The notes beneath the pieces are model-generated. The model saw nothing but the letters and a program-made list of their open reading frames with translations, had not been told where the DNA came from and did no database searches. Of a stretch of DNA of 64,000 bases, positions 40,958 through 52,611 are shown piece after piece. The first letter of the stretch is position 1. The number at the start of each line of letters is the position of its first letter. The position numbers and the translations under genes are program-made. Source of the stretch: Marsupella aquatica (Eukaryota; Plantae; Marchantiophyta); NCBI GenBank assembly GCA_973895155.1, contig OZ316894.1, forward strand, positions 1,053,968 to 1,117,967, given 5' to 3'.

Positions 40958-43900
40958 CTAATGATCAAGACAAAACTCATTTGAACAAGAAAGTCTGCTT
41001 CCTGATTTATCATAGCGGATGTCACGGTTGCAAGTATCTCTCGCATGGTGGTTCTTAAACTTATTGGTGAGATCCCTAGTTCTGAGAACTTTCCAAATAA
41101 AGTGCCTTCTATTTTGTGTATGAGGACCAGAATAGTTGTCTCCAAGTATTATGTTTGCAGTTTCTTCGATCTCATCCATGGTCCACGTCTCCAGTGGTGG
41201 GTAATGTTGCACCTCGTTCTTTCCGTCCCAAGGAATCTCTTCAGGAGTCACATCCAAGATGGTTCCAAACTCCCTATGGATACAACGACAATCTCCCCAC
41301 TTCTGTTCCAAAAGAGCATAGATGGCAGCATGATCCTCCTTGCTTGTTAATAAATTGAAAACAGACCACTTTGGATTGTTGACAGTGATATAATGTTGAA
41401 CGCAATAAGCCTTTCTCAATTTGCAAAGATACGGCCATAATATCTCGGGCAAAAAAGTGTCATTTGAAGCTGTGTGAGTAAATGGATTTGGAAACAATCC
41501 ATTCACGTCATAATTCAAAAATGCCTTCAATGGAGAATCATCAATAAGAACTGTATTAGAAGCATCATATTTTTCTGGAAAACGGTCCCAAATGGTTTGC
41601 AAATTCTTCAGAAGTAAATTGGCCTTCCCATCTGTTATATCTGGCCTTTGGATGCAACTATCAAAGGTATCTTCTTGAGTAAAGACAAACTTGAACTTCT
41701 GTCGCTCCTCCTTAGTGAAAATCAACTCCATTAAGTCCATTGTTTTTGGCCTCCTTGCACAGGTCCAAATTGCGACGTCAAAAACCATGAAAGCTGCATA
41801 TAGAAATTCGTGGAGGTATGGGCGCTCCACATACATGAAATTAAACCCTCCACGTCTCCCCCAGTGCACACCACGTAAACTGATTTCGCCATGGTCCTGA
41901 GCTTCTGGTCTTAATGCAATCCCAACAAATCTTGTTAAGGTCAAGAACCAAGAGCTTTCGCCAGATTGGAGAGTGTAGTATTGGAGTGAATTCTGGAAAC
42001 ATTAACATAAGCCCTTAGTCAATGCGACTCAAAGTTTAAACAATTACTACGGAGGAAAACTCTCAAAATTTGAAATCAAACAAACTTTGTTATAGCATTT
42101 GAAGTAGAGAGGAACGACCCTGGGGCGACCCTCCTAGAAAAACATTAATTACATTCAATTGCCATTTTTTAGATCCAAAGTATACCTGGGTCAAACCCTT
42201 CCTCCACAGCAACGCTTTCCGAGGGAATGCCAACAAAATCCTTTGAGGAAGGAGATTCTACGACGGAACTTTGGTCTGTAAAAAAGTATATTATTACAAA
42301 GATAAAGCTTAGATTGTCATTAAAATACCAAGAACCAAAGAATGGGCTAATAATTTCCAATGCTAAAATGCCCAAATTCATCTATTGTTTGATCACCTAG
42401 AACACTCTGTATCTCGGAATTGATACCACTGGGAAGTTGCTCTTCAAAGGATGGGGGTGCAAAAACTGGGCTCAGTCTCAAGTTCAGTTTTTTGTAATCT
42501 GATTTTGCCATTATCTTTGGAGCATCGTCTAGTGATTCTATCATTCCAACCTTTGGTCCATTTCTCCATATAAAATGAGTTGCAGGACGGACTGTTTTCA
42601 TATATCCAGTCCTGCCGATCTCGGATCCAGAATTTTGTGAAAATGATAATACTACGGGGCTTCCTGTAGAAGCACTTGTAAAAACCAATTTAGTCTCTGA
42701 TGAGCAATATAGAGGAGACAGGGGAGGATTTGAAGCACCTGCCTTCTCTTCTTCATTTGCAGCGGTCTCAGGTACTTGACGATCATCCTCCTTTGCAAGC
42801 CCAATGTCTGACATTTCTCCCAATTCTACTGCGTCAATATTGCCTAGACCATCTGCGGTTGCCTTCCAATGTGCGTCCGATGTGGACGATGTAAGATCTG
42901 GGTCCGATTGGTGCATCCAATTCTCTACACCGGCAAAGGGATTTCTTGGTGGGTCGCCCTCAGGTCGACCCACAACATCAGCCAACCCCACACCAAAGTA
43001 GGGAATACCTACCACTTGTGTTCCACGTTCATCCAAATTTCGGGTGACCCTGTCGTCTGTGTCGTGACCCAATTCTCCTTCCTCAATATCATCTTCGCCC
43101 TGGTCTACGCCTTCTTTGGCACCAACATGCGCGGAAACCCCATCGCGGGCTCTACCAAATTTGGAACCGCCCATTCGGTCACTCATTATGGAAGGAACTT
43201 TCTCGCAGAGAACCCTTCCATATGCCTGAGTGAAATCATATTCATCCTCAGTGTCTGAATACACAAAGCATTCTCTGAAACACAACAATGACACCTTCAT
43301 AACCTGTCCTCCCGAGAAAAAGTCAAGTATAGTCTCCCCTTCAGCCGAAAAAAATTCAATAATACTCTGCAGCATACATTTTGGCTTAGCGTGAATATTC
43401 ACAAAGCCACCTCTACTTCCCACCATCTCAAACATGGGAGCCTTTCGTAAGAAATCTCCAATGTGAAATGCCGAAGTTGACTCAGTCTCTGTCTCCTTAC
43501 TTGTCTTACTCTTATTCTTATCTTGCTTCTCTGTCTTGTCTTCCACTTGGAAATCAGGGTCGATCGCCGAATTGTAAGAAAATTGGCAATTAAATCCAGG
43601 CCTGAACACTTGCTTCCAATCAAATTTCTCCTCAGTGGTGATTCCTGCAAAGATTATCTCCTCCATACCACAACTAAAAAGTAAGCCCTCTGGAACTGGT
43701 GTATCACTCCGTCGATAGCTCCCGTAGTCGACGTGGATGTCCATTCCCTTTTCATGTTGCAATTTCCTAAGGGCACTCAAAATGTTTGCAGCAAGTGGCC
43801 CCGGATGCACAGTCATGACAACAACAATTGTTGGATTTCTTGGAAGATCCACAATGTATTGCAGTAATGCAATAATTTCAGCATCGGTCCAAACATGTTG

Positions 43901-46900
43901 TCGGAGCCTACTGAAGTCAACAATGGCAAGAGGACACAAAGGCTCAGGCTCTTGTAGCATTTCCGGCACGGTCGTCTTCATCAAATTCTCACTAAAAAAT
44001 GTCAAGAAAGGCTCCGTGCGAGAACGACCAATCCCACCAAATTCTTTACAATACAACCCATCTAGTCTGACCATCAGACTTTGTGGGAAACTCTCCTTGA
44101 CCACATTCTTCTTCAATGAATTGTTGAGGTAAACCTCACCCGCTGCTCTCCTCAATTTTGTCATCTCAAGCTCAGATTTCAAGGAAGGCAACAATATCAC
44201 CAGAGACTCCCAAGATGTGCCAACAGGAAACTTCTCACGATACTTTTCCACGAAATAGCCAATAATGACTGTTCTCAATTTGGACATTATCTTGATTGTA
44301 AGGGCCAAGTCTCCCATTGCGACAAGCTCTGATTTGTTGGTGACATCCTTCTTCAGCAAGACACGCTCCTCTTCAACGTCCTTCAAGATCTCAATTATCT
44401 GTTTGCTACTATTCTCTCCTTCAAAGCATCGAAAGGTACCGGGAGTGATCAATTTTGGGGGTCTTGGCCCTCCATACCCACCAGCCCCGTCTTGGAGCTT
44501 CCCACTCAACCATTTTGCGCACACGTTCTGCCATAATTCAAAGAGCTCATCTTCGGCAAAAAGTAACCAATAAATGCTCTTTAGGCTTGACTTCCCCATT
44601 GTAACCTTTGCCAGGGCAAACCAATCCTGCATATCCAATGGACTTGACATTAGTTTCAGGGTACAATGCATATGTTAGAAAATTTATACCTATGTTTGAA
44701 ACAGGCTAAGCCGCCTCGCCCCAAGGGCGTGGCGAACCTCTACATCTAACCGCAATTGACTGAAACGGAACTAGGGAATTATTCTTAGAGAGACTAGTCT
44801 AGGTTGCCGCGCCCTGAGGGCGAGGCAAACATTTGCTTTAATCTTCTAACCAAGGAAAACAAGAAAAGGCAGCCTCGCCCTTGGGGCGAGGCAAACCTCT
44901 ACCATTGACAATCTTTAAACAAAGCGGATCAAGAATAGTTTGCATTGCTCCAACATGTACCTAATAGTTTTTCCTGTCTGTAATTTGATTGGTCCCAATC
45001 CCTGGACGCGGCGGTTTCCCACACTCCTCAAACTGCCTTCGTGCATGAACAATAGTCTCTAAAAAACAAGACTTAAATTGCATAGTATCATTGACAGCAT
45101 TCGATAAACTTGAATGCTCAACCAAAATTGTCTTCGGAGTGAGGTCAGATAGGATCCTTGCTTTCCTATACTTTAGTTTGTTGGCAAGATCTGTCAGCTT
45201 GGCGTCAGTCTCGGCCCACCCTTGGATCCATTGGGCAGCTCTTGCAGAATGCTGGCCACTGATGGCAAGGAATTGGATCTCATGCTTCTTCACACCAATC
45301 AAAAACTCTTTCCTATCCTGAGGTGTGTTGTCATAATGAAGCAACTGTTTACTGCTCTCGCGATACGGAATCAAATCAGCAACTTGTGGTTCCTGTCCAG
45401 GGTTTTTCATCATAGACTTTGATATCTCCATTGCAAGCGAAAGATTGAACATTCGATATACAAAAACGGCCGATGGCGGATTAATACTTTTTACAGGAAT
45501 ATCAAAAACTTCGCGGATGCCAAAAGTATAATACTGCTCAATATTACGCAAAACCTCTTGGCCTTTGAGCACATCATCTTCTTTGGGTCCTTCTGTCGGA
45601 CACATATCATCCTCTGGATGCAAGACAAAGTTTGAAGTCGACCCTGACATTGGTTTTGATTTCGCAACCTTTGCCTTCTTTGTCTGCTTTTTTTGGGGGC
45701 CCTCATCATCTTCATTTTTTTTAGCCATCTTCTTACGGCGTGAACTCCCAGATTGTTTCTCTTGTTGAACAACCGGCTCTTGAAGCTTTCGTTTCTTCTC
45801 TGTCTTTGATTGCGCACTTCTTTCCACTGTCTTCTTCTCTCCTTTGCCTTATGCTTTGCTTCTTTTTTCTTCATCTCTGAAATCCACGTCCGGCACGCGG
45901 CCTCTTGAAACTCTGGACAAAAAATGAAACTCTTGTCGATTGCTTGCTCGTATGAAAAATGTGCCTTATCAATCATCCTTTGAACTATCCAAGTAGACGG
46001 AGGGTCCACACTGTCCGCATTGTCATGCATGTGCTTCTTTACGTAGAGAAATCCAAACACTAGGTCAACTCCACTTATTTGAGAACGCGTCTTCTCAAAC
46101 ATCTGATCAATTGTTACTCCATCTGGGAAGAATCCCATATCAGCTACGCTTATCTCCAATCGAGCCATCCACTCAACATTCAGTAAAGTCGAGTAGAGTT
46201 TTATTGGCACTAGAAGTCTCATCCACTGAGATTTCTCATTGGACTCAACAATAATCGTTGCATTGCGGTTGTTGTCCGTGTTCACAAGGACGACTGGACC
46301 TAGAGTAACAATTGTCTTGCGGTCATTCAATTGACTTGTGATGCCCTTGAAACAAATCAAGAGACTGCCTTCCGCCGACACCCCAACTTCTAGTGCCCAT
46401 CTAAATCCTGGAGTATCTTGGTCAGGGAAAACAAAGTCCTTGATATCCTCGTCCATAATATTTAACTCCGGCTTCTCAAGATTTTTTCCTGGTAAGAAAC
46501 ATTGAAAACAAAATGGTCAGCATCATATTTTTAACATTGACATGTGGAAAACTTTCAAGGTGCCTCGCCCTTGGGGCGAGGCGACAAATAGAAGATTGCA
46601 AAATCTTCTTTGCTCCTAGTGCAATTAGCCCTGCCACCTCATCCAAGCAATCAAACATTATTTAGGAATGCAGACGACATCGCCTCGCCCCAAGGGCGAG
46701 GCAACTTCTAGGAAAGCAAACAACATTTAGGAATGCAGACAACATCGCCTCGCCCCAAGGGCGAGGCAACTTCTGGAAGCAGACAACATTTAGGAATGCA
46801 AAGGACATCGCCTCGCCCCAAGGGCGAGGCAACTTCTGGGAAAGCAGACAACATTTAGGAATGTAGAGGACATCACCTCGCCCCAAGGGCGAGGCAACTT

Positions 46901-47443
46901 CTGGGAATGCAGACAACATTTAGGAATGCAGATAACATTGCCTCGCCCCAAGGGCGAGGCAACTTCTGGGAATGCAGACTACATTTGAGGAATGCAGACT
47001 ACATTTGAGGAATGCAGACGACATCGCCTCGCCCCAAGAGCGAGGCAAAAAATAGAATATAGCTAAAGATCCTTTATTAATGTAAGATACAAGGTCCAAT
47101 ACGCCTTCGGAGCAACAAGAAATCTAGAATGAAATAGACGTCGCCTCGACCTTGGGGCGAGGCGACTGCAAAGGAATATAGAAATTTTCCTAATAAGAAG
47201 TTTGAAATCCAAATTAAAGTAAAGTTGCCTCACCCTAAGGGCGAGGCAAGAAGTTGAAGCAGGTGGTGCCTTACGTGGAAAAGTTAACTGGGCTTTCTTT
47301 GACGCCTCCAACGCATTGTTAACCAATTTTTGGACATCCGGGTCTTCAGGGTCATATTCATACAGAGAGTTATAATTGAAGTTCAATGACTCTTGAGAAC
47401 TGGCGGAGGTGGTGGAAGCTTCAGAACTGGAGGAAGTAGACAT
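40958..47443 (-). CDS. Transposon cargo gene, 5 exons, about 1,683 aa when repaired: ParB/Srx-like + degenerate N6A/N4C DNA methyltransferase fold + FCP1/NIF-like HAD domain (disrupted in this copy)
   Basis: Exons 47443-47275, 46488-44961, 44626-42397, 42275-42186 and 41992-40958 are all GT-AG and phase-compatible. Lesions: 1-nt deletion near 45838, TAG at 44961-63, 1-nt insertion near 41932. Confidence 0.7.
44713..44892. repeat. Three 21-bp palindromes GCCTCGCCC-NNN-GGGCGAGGC in intron 2 of the cargo gene
   Basis: Copies start at 44713, 44806 and 44872. Confidence 0.9.
46562..47247. repeat. Array of nine 21-bp palindromes in intron 1 of the cargo gene, partly as a ~65-bp tandem repeat
   Basis: Copies start at 46562, 46682, 46747, 46810, 46875, 46940, 47026, 47143 and 47227. 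Confidence 0.92.
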
Positions 47444-48278
47444 TGTAAGGGGCGAGTGAGATTTAAGATGACACGTGGCAGCAATGGAGAATGCCACAGG
47501 CTGCAAGAGGGCACTAACAGGCAAACAATGATCGAGGGAGCGACCCAAAAGGGAAGGGAGCAAGGCGGAAATAAAAGCCTTAGAGCGAGGCGGAAAACAA
47601 ATCCCAAGAGCGAGGCAAAAACAAAAGCCCTAGAGCGAGGCAAGAGGGAGGCAAGGAGTGAGGAGACGAGAGAGGAGGCAAGAGGGAGGCAAGGAAATGA
47701 GGCCTCAAGCGCAAGGCCTGCCTTCCTATACCCCCTGCGAGCAAGGAGTCCGAGGAGGCAAGGATCCGAGAGGGTACGGAGGCATCAATGCGCGCCAATG
47801 ATGGAGACCCTCCTCGGTGCATGTGATCGTGAGTCACCGATGGTGTGACCACTCACGACCACTCGCGACTCACCTACCAATTTTAAACTTCCGAGCTGTC
47901 AGCGGTGTGTGCTCGCAACTCACCTATCACTCGTGAGTGATTGGCTGACACCCTATCCGATGTCTACTTGTGTGCTGGGTGCGTGCCTCATCCACCCGTG
48001 CCCGATCTGTTGGTGTCCACTCGTGTGCTGGGTAATATGTGGGCTTTTTGCCTCTCAAACTGAGTATAGACCTCCCACAATCCATTTTTTTGGTTCATTG
48101 TCATTTAGACAGTGATTGGTACGATCACTGACTCTCCTCTGTCCGAGTGCCTTGTTTACGTCCGCATGGTTGAATGCAAGGTTTAGTAAGGGCACTGTGG
48201 TGCTAAGAGTTACAATGCTGGCATCCAAGGTACCCATTTAGCTTGTACAAGGGTGGACAGAGATATATTGCAGAGCAG
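47444..48278. promoter_or_regulatory. Probable bidirectional promoter and 5' UTRs between the two element genes
   Basis: Genes diverge here; GAGCGAGGC half-sites at 47580-47641, CACTC(A/G)C/GTGAGT repeats at 47829-47940, and a splice donor CAG|GTTAGT at 48279. Confidence 0.45.
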
Positions 48279-48478
48279 GTTAGTGTTTTTATTTATTTAT
48301 CTTAGCAGTACTAGCTCAACTACATCTAATTCAATACCTTTAAGCCAAACCTAGATTAAGATTTACACATTAGGTTCTAGATCATATATTTTACTCATTC
48401 TAAACCTTTATCCACAGTCTAGCATGTGTAGAACTTATTGTACCCCTTTATGTGATTACTAACATAGTTTCTAGAAGT

Positions 48479-48773
48479 GGGTCGGAATTATTTCGTGTCG
48501 ACCTGACTATGTCATCTTAACTAGCATTTTAAACTGGTATATAAAAGCATAAGCAAGATAGTTTCACAAATAGTTTTGACATAATTTCAACTTAATAGTT
48601 GGAGTAGGGTCGAAATAATTCCGACCCAACTTATCAATGTTTAGTCAATTAAATCATTTTAAGACATATTGTTGGAGGAGGGTCGAAATAATTCCGACCC
48701 GACTTGTAAATGTTTAGTCAATTCAATCATTTCAAGACATAATGTTGGAGGAGGGTCGAAATAATTCCGACCT
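48479..48773. repeat. 73-bp tandem repeat carrying 21-bp palindrome GGGTCGAAA-TAA-TTCCGACCC, in the predicted 5'-UTR intron (48279-48892) of the transposase gene
   Basis: Copies start at 48607, 48680 and 48753, plus an inverted partial copy at 48479. Confidence 0.88.
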
Positions 48774-48905
48774 GACTTGACTGTATTTAGGGTTTTGAGT
48801 GATTTTACAATATTTTTTGGAGGAGAGTCCAGATTTTGAAACATGATTGTAACATGGGGAACTTAACAATTTCTAACTTTATTTGAATACAGATAGTCCG
48901 CTATC

Positions 48906-51900
48906 ATGATCAATTTTACACGAGGGGATGAAGTGTCATTGGTGATCGATGGATTTGAAACGGCAATTGGGATAGTTCAAAAAGTTGACCCCCAGGATAC
49001 TATACAGAACATTTGTCTAGGGGACAATCGAATTGGGGTATTGATCGAAAAGTGTTTTGATGGATCGCGTCAACTTCCATTTCCTTTGCCCAAATTTTCT
49101 ACATTGGCTGAGGCAATTGACTCCTGCGTGATTTGGGATTGTGCATTGGCATACTTGAGGTCATCAACTCAGCGCCGAAGAATCAATGTCGATGATTTCT
49201 CTTTGGCTGGAGATGCTGGAAATGATAAATCCAAAAGTGATGCAAGGGTTGAAGAGGACGTGTTCAAGGAAGGAGATGAAGTTCAGATGTTCATTTTTGA
49301 TCAGTTGGTTGCAAATGGAGTTGTTTTCAAGACAAATCCGATGGATATTTGTCATACTCAAACACTCGGGGTTGGTCGCATCAGTATAAGAATATCTGAT
49401 ATTGTTAAGGGAAATCAAAAATTGCCATACTCGCACCCTGGAGCTGATACAATAGCAGAGGCCTTGCATACCTGGGTTATTTGGGATGTTGTGCATGTTT
49501 CTAGAAAGGGCACTCTTCGAGATTTTGGCGTGTTTGGTAGTTCAAATATTTTCAATGATCTTCCATTAAAAGATTTTACACTACGTTCCAACTGGATGGC
49601 GGAGGAGGTTGATTTGTATGACGCTTCTCGTTGTCGAAAGGTTGCAACAGGTGTTATCACGGTCCCATTTGAAACAGGTGCCGTTGACGATGAACTTCTT
49701 GGTGCAGATCATGTTGGTGTTGCTGTTGTGAATATCAATGAACCCGGATTATTTCCAAATATCCATGTTGGTACCCCTGGCTTGGTGAGGTGGGAAATCA
49801 AATCCCTTCTATTGATTTCGTCTCAAAGGTTTCTTGGGGATATCCTTGAGGAAGTTTCATAGAAGTGGATGGAGTCGGGTCGAACTAAGGGCGATCCGGA
49901 TTCGGATGGTGATGGTAAACCTACAAAAAGACCATACAATTTCATTAGGAGGACAAAAGTTGATCTTGAGGAGAGGAAGAAAAGGCATTTGGAGTCGAGG
50001 GCACTTTTGAAAATTAACGAGGAGTCCATTGATTCCATCCAAAGAGAAGGTTGTTGCAAGCTGAAGTGTTGCTTGAACATGCCCAGGGAGGACTTAGAGG
50101 CAATGAGGAGGGAATACCATGGAATGTCAAGTGACAACAAAACAAGTCACATCTTTAGTCTCTTTGGGTGTAGAGAGGAGCAAGTCAAGAGAAAGGGATT
50201 TTTTGTTCTAAAGGGACGTGTGGTTTGTAAAGATGCATTTATTAAAATGCATGGGTTCAGTACAACAAAGTACTATGACTACAAAAATCAATACGAAGCT
50301 GGTTGCACAATTGGTTTCCATGGAAATCAGGGACAACGGAAGACACGATCAAGCACTTTGCACGCTCGCGCCTTGTTGGAGTCCATTTTAATCCAAAATG
50401 GGGAACCAATGCCACATCTTCCCTATGGTGGGTCCAACGGCACTGACACTATTGAATATCGGCTCCCATCTTGTTTTACTAAGAAGGAGATTTTCCAAGA
50501 GGTGTTTACCATAGATGGGTTTGCTAAGGTTACTGAAGTTACTATGTACAACATCTGGAAAAACTCATTTGATAATTTTGACTTTCACAAGGGAAGTGCA
50601 TTTGCCAAGTGCACATTTTGCACTGAGTTCAAAGATCAATTGATGCGGGAGAAGAGAAAAAAAGAGCGTGCAGAGATTGAAGAGAAAAGAGCGCGACATC
50701 TTCGTGAACAAATGTCAAGAAGATATGTTTACTATGCTCATAGGGTTCTTGCAAAGAAGGATCCTCAAAACTATCTTTGCATTATTCACGATAAGATGGA
50801 TCAAGCCAAGACTTGGATCCCCAGGTTGGTCCCCACTCCAAAATCCCTCTCTGGTAGTGATCAGCCTTTGCCTATTGCTCTTACTGGGATGTTAACCCAT
50901 GGAAGAGATCCTGGAGTGTATGCACATTTTAGTTTGACTGGACTTTGGCCTGGAGATGCAGACTTTACCGTGACATCTTTGGCCAAATGCCTCCGAGATT
51001 TGGAAGATTACACAGGAGACAAAACTGGAGACCTTCTTGAGGGATTGAATTGGAATGCAACTAGGCCAATATTTCAGTCCCTTCTAGACTTTGAAGCATT
51101 TCTGGCCGGTTACTTGGAACCCAAAAATGTTTCAATTGTTCGATTTCAAGGCATTGAAGATGGTCAGGAGACTAAAAAGTCAAGCACAGTGGATGTTGGT
51201 TCTAAGGATGATCCTGAGACTACTAGGGGCTCTTTCAAGCCCTTACCAAGGCACCTAACGTTGCAGATGGACAATTCAGGGAAAGATAACAAAAATCAAT
51301 ATGTGATGGCATTTTGCACTGAGCTTGTTAGCAGGGGGTGTTTGAAACTGTGCAAATGTCATTCCTCATGGTTGGCCACACCCATGAAGACGTGGATGCA
51401 TTTTTTCTCAAGTATCCAAACAGGTCAGATACAAAGAGGTTGCTACCCTCTTGGGGTTGATGGCTGAGGTTTGGGAGTGTGAAAGCATTCATCCTGTACC
51501 ACGTTTGATTCAAGAGGTTGCATCTTACAAGGAGTATTTGAAAACTTTCCAGGTGAAAGAGATAGAAGGTCACTCAAAACCAGTGACATTTCTTTTCTCC
51601 ATGAGGGATAATGTGCCAGTGTATCAATATAAAGCACATGTCAAGCAACCTTGGCTTCCGGCAATGGGGAGGTCCATTTGGAGAACTGATCCCATCACAA
51701 ATGCGCTCATTTTACCGGAAGGCCAACCATTTGCAAAACCTATATCTGGGGATGTACAAAAGAAGGCTGGAGAAATCATCCCATTCCTTAATCGCTATAT
51801 TTATTTCTTGAAGAAAAGTTGTAAGGATGAGACCTCTGCAGCATATAAAGAGAGATTTCCTCTGGTCAAATATTGGGAGAATCTTGTGCAAGCACTGTCC

Positions 51901-52611
51901 GAGGAACTTACAATAGAAGGGGAGGGGGAAAGACATTTGCCATTGACAACTGATTTTTGGCCAAAGACTAACCATGGCACAGGTTACAAGATGATTTTGG
52001 GGACATCTCAGCCGTCAAGTGAACCTTCTCAAAATCCAGAGATGATGGACCTTCAAAATGAGTACATGGAAGAGATGGAAGATGAAGCTGCACCCTTTGT
52101 TGGTGCACGACAAGAGCGAGAACCTGCACGTTGGATTCCTCTACAAGATATTCAAGAAGGTCACTTTGTATTTTTACGTCCAGAGGATGAATGGGAACAG
52201 GAAAATGGCAAAGGGCGTTTCTGGTTGGTTCGAGCTTTGGGTGGTGTGGATCCAAACCATGAGGTTCCCTCAACAGATTTGCAACATATTGAAGGGTCTT
52301 CTTCAACGTCTGTTGAGAGCATTCCTCTTAGGAATGCTCCTATGTTCCAAGTACAATGGTGGAGGCCTAAACATGGTAAGCATGATGCAAAGGATGATGT
52401 TCGATATGAACGTTGCTTTCAAACCACTAAGACTTGGGAGTTGGATCCTGGGTTTGACAATGTTACTCAAAGTTGGCAGTTTGCAAATTCTGCAATGTAT
52501 GGGTTTAAGTCAGGTGCTAAAGAACAAAATATTATGGATAGAGGTTTGACAATTCCTAAGAATGTTTTGAAAACTCTCAAAATTTACATGGAAGGTATAA
52601 TTGATGAGTAG
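48906..52611 (+). CDS. Transposase, about 1,235 aa when repaired: three Tnp1/En/Spm-like domains + Cys/His region + DD(D/E) core with Sola1/DUF7869-like motifs (disrupted)
   Basis: Three repeats of A.G.V...DP......LG..R..V.I......LP.P.....T..EA....VIW; then CCKLKCC, VCKDAF, CTFC, IIHDKMD, LQMDNSGKDNKN and FLMVGHTHEDVDAFF. The three ORFs join through one in-frame TAG (49860-62) and two 1-nt homopolymer deletions (G5 51334-38, T6 51401-06). Confidence 0.82.

Noticed and set aside
42347-44671. Active DNA methyltransferase
   Set aside because: No D/N/S-PP-Y/F catalytic motif is found and the FxGxG loop reads FSGG, so only fold-level similarity is claimed.
46660-47050. CRISPR-like array (palindromic repeat at ~65-bp period)
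   Set aside because: The intervening sequences are near-identical rather than unique spacers, no cas genes are present, and the array lies within a spliceosomal intron.
40958-52611. Bacterial or phage contamination suggested by ParB and methyltransferase motifs
   Set aside because: The genes have phase-consistent GT-AG introns, sit inside eukaryotic-type TIRs and are flanked by plant genes.
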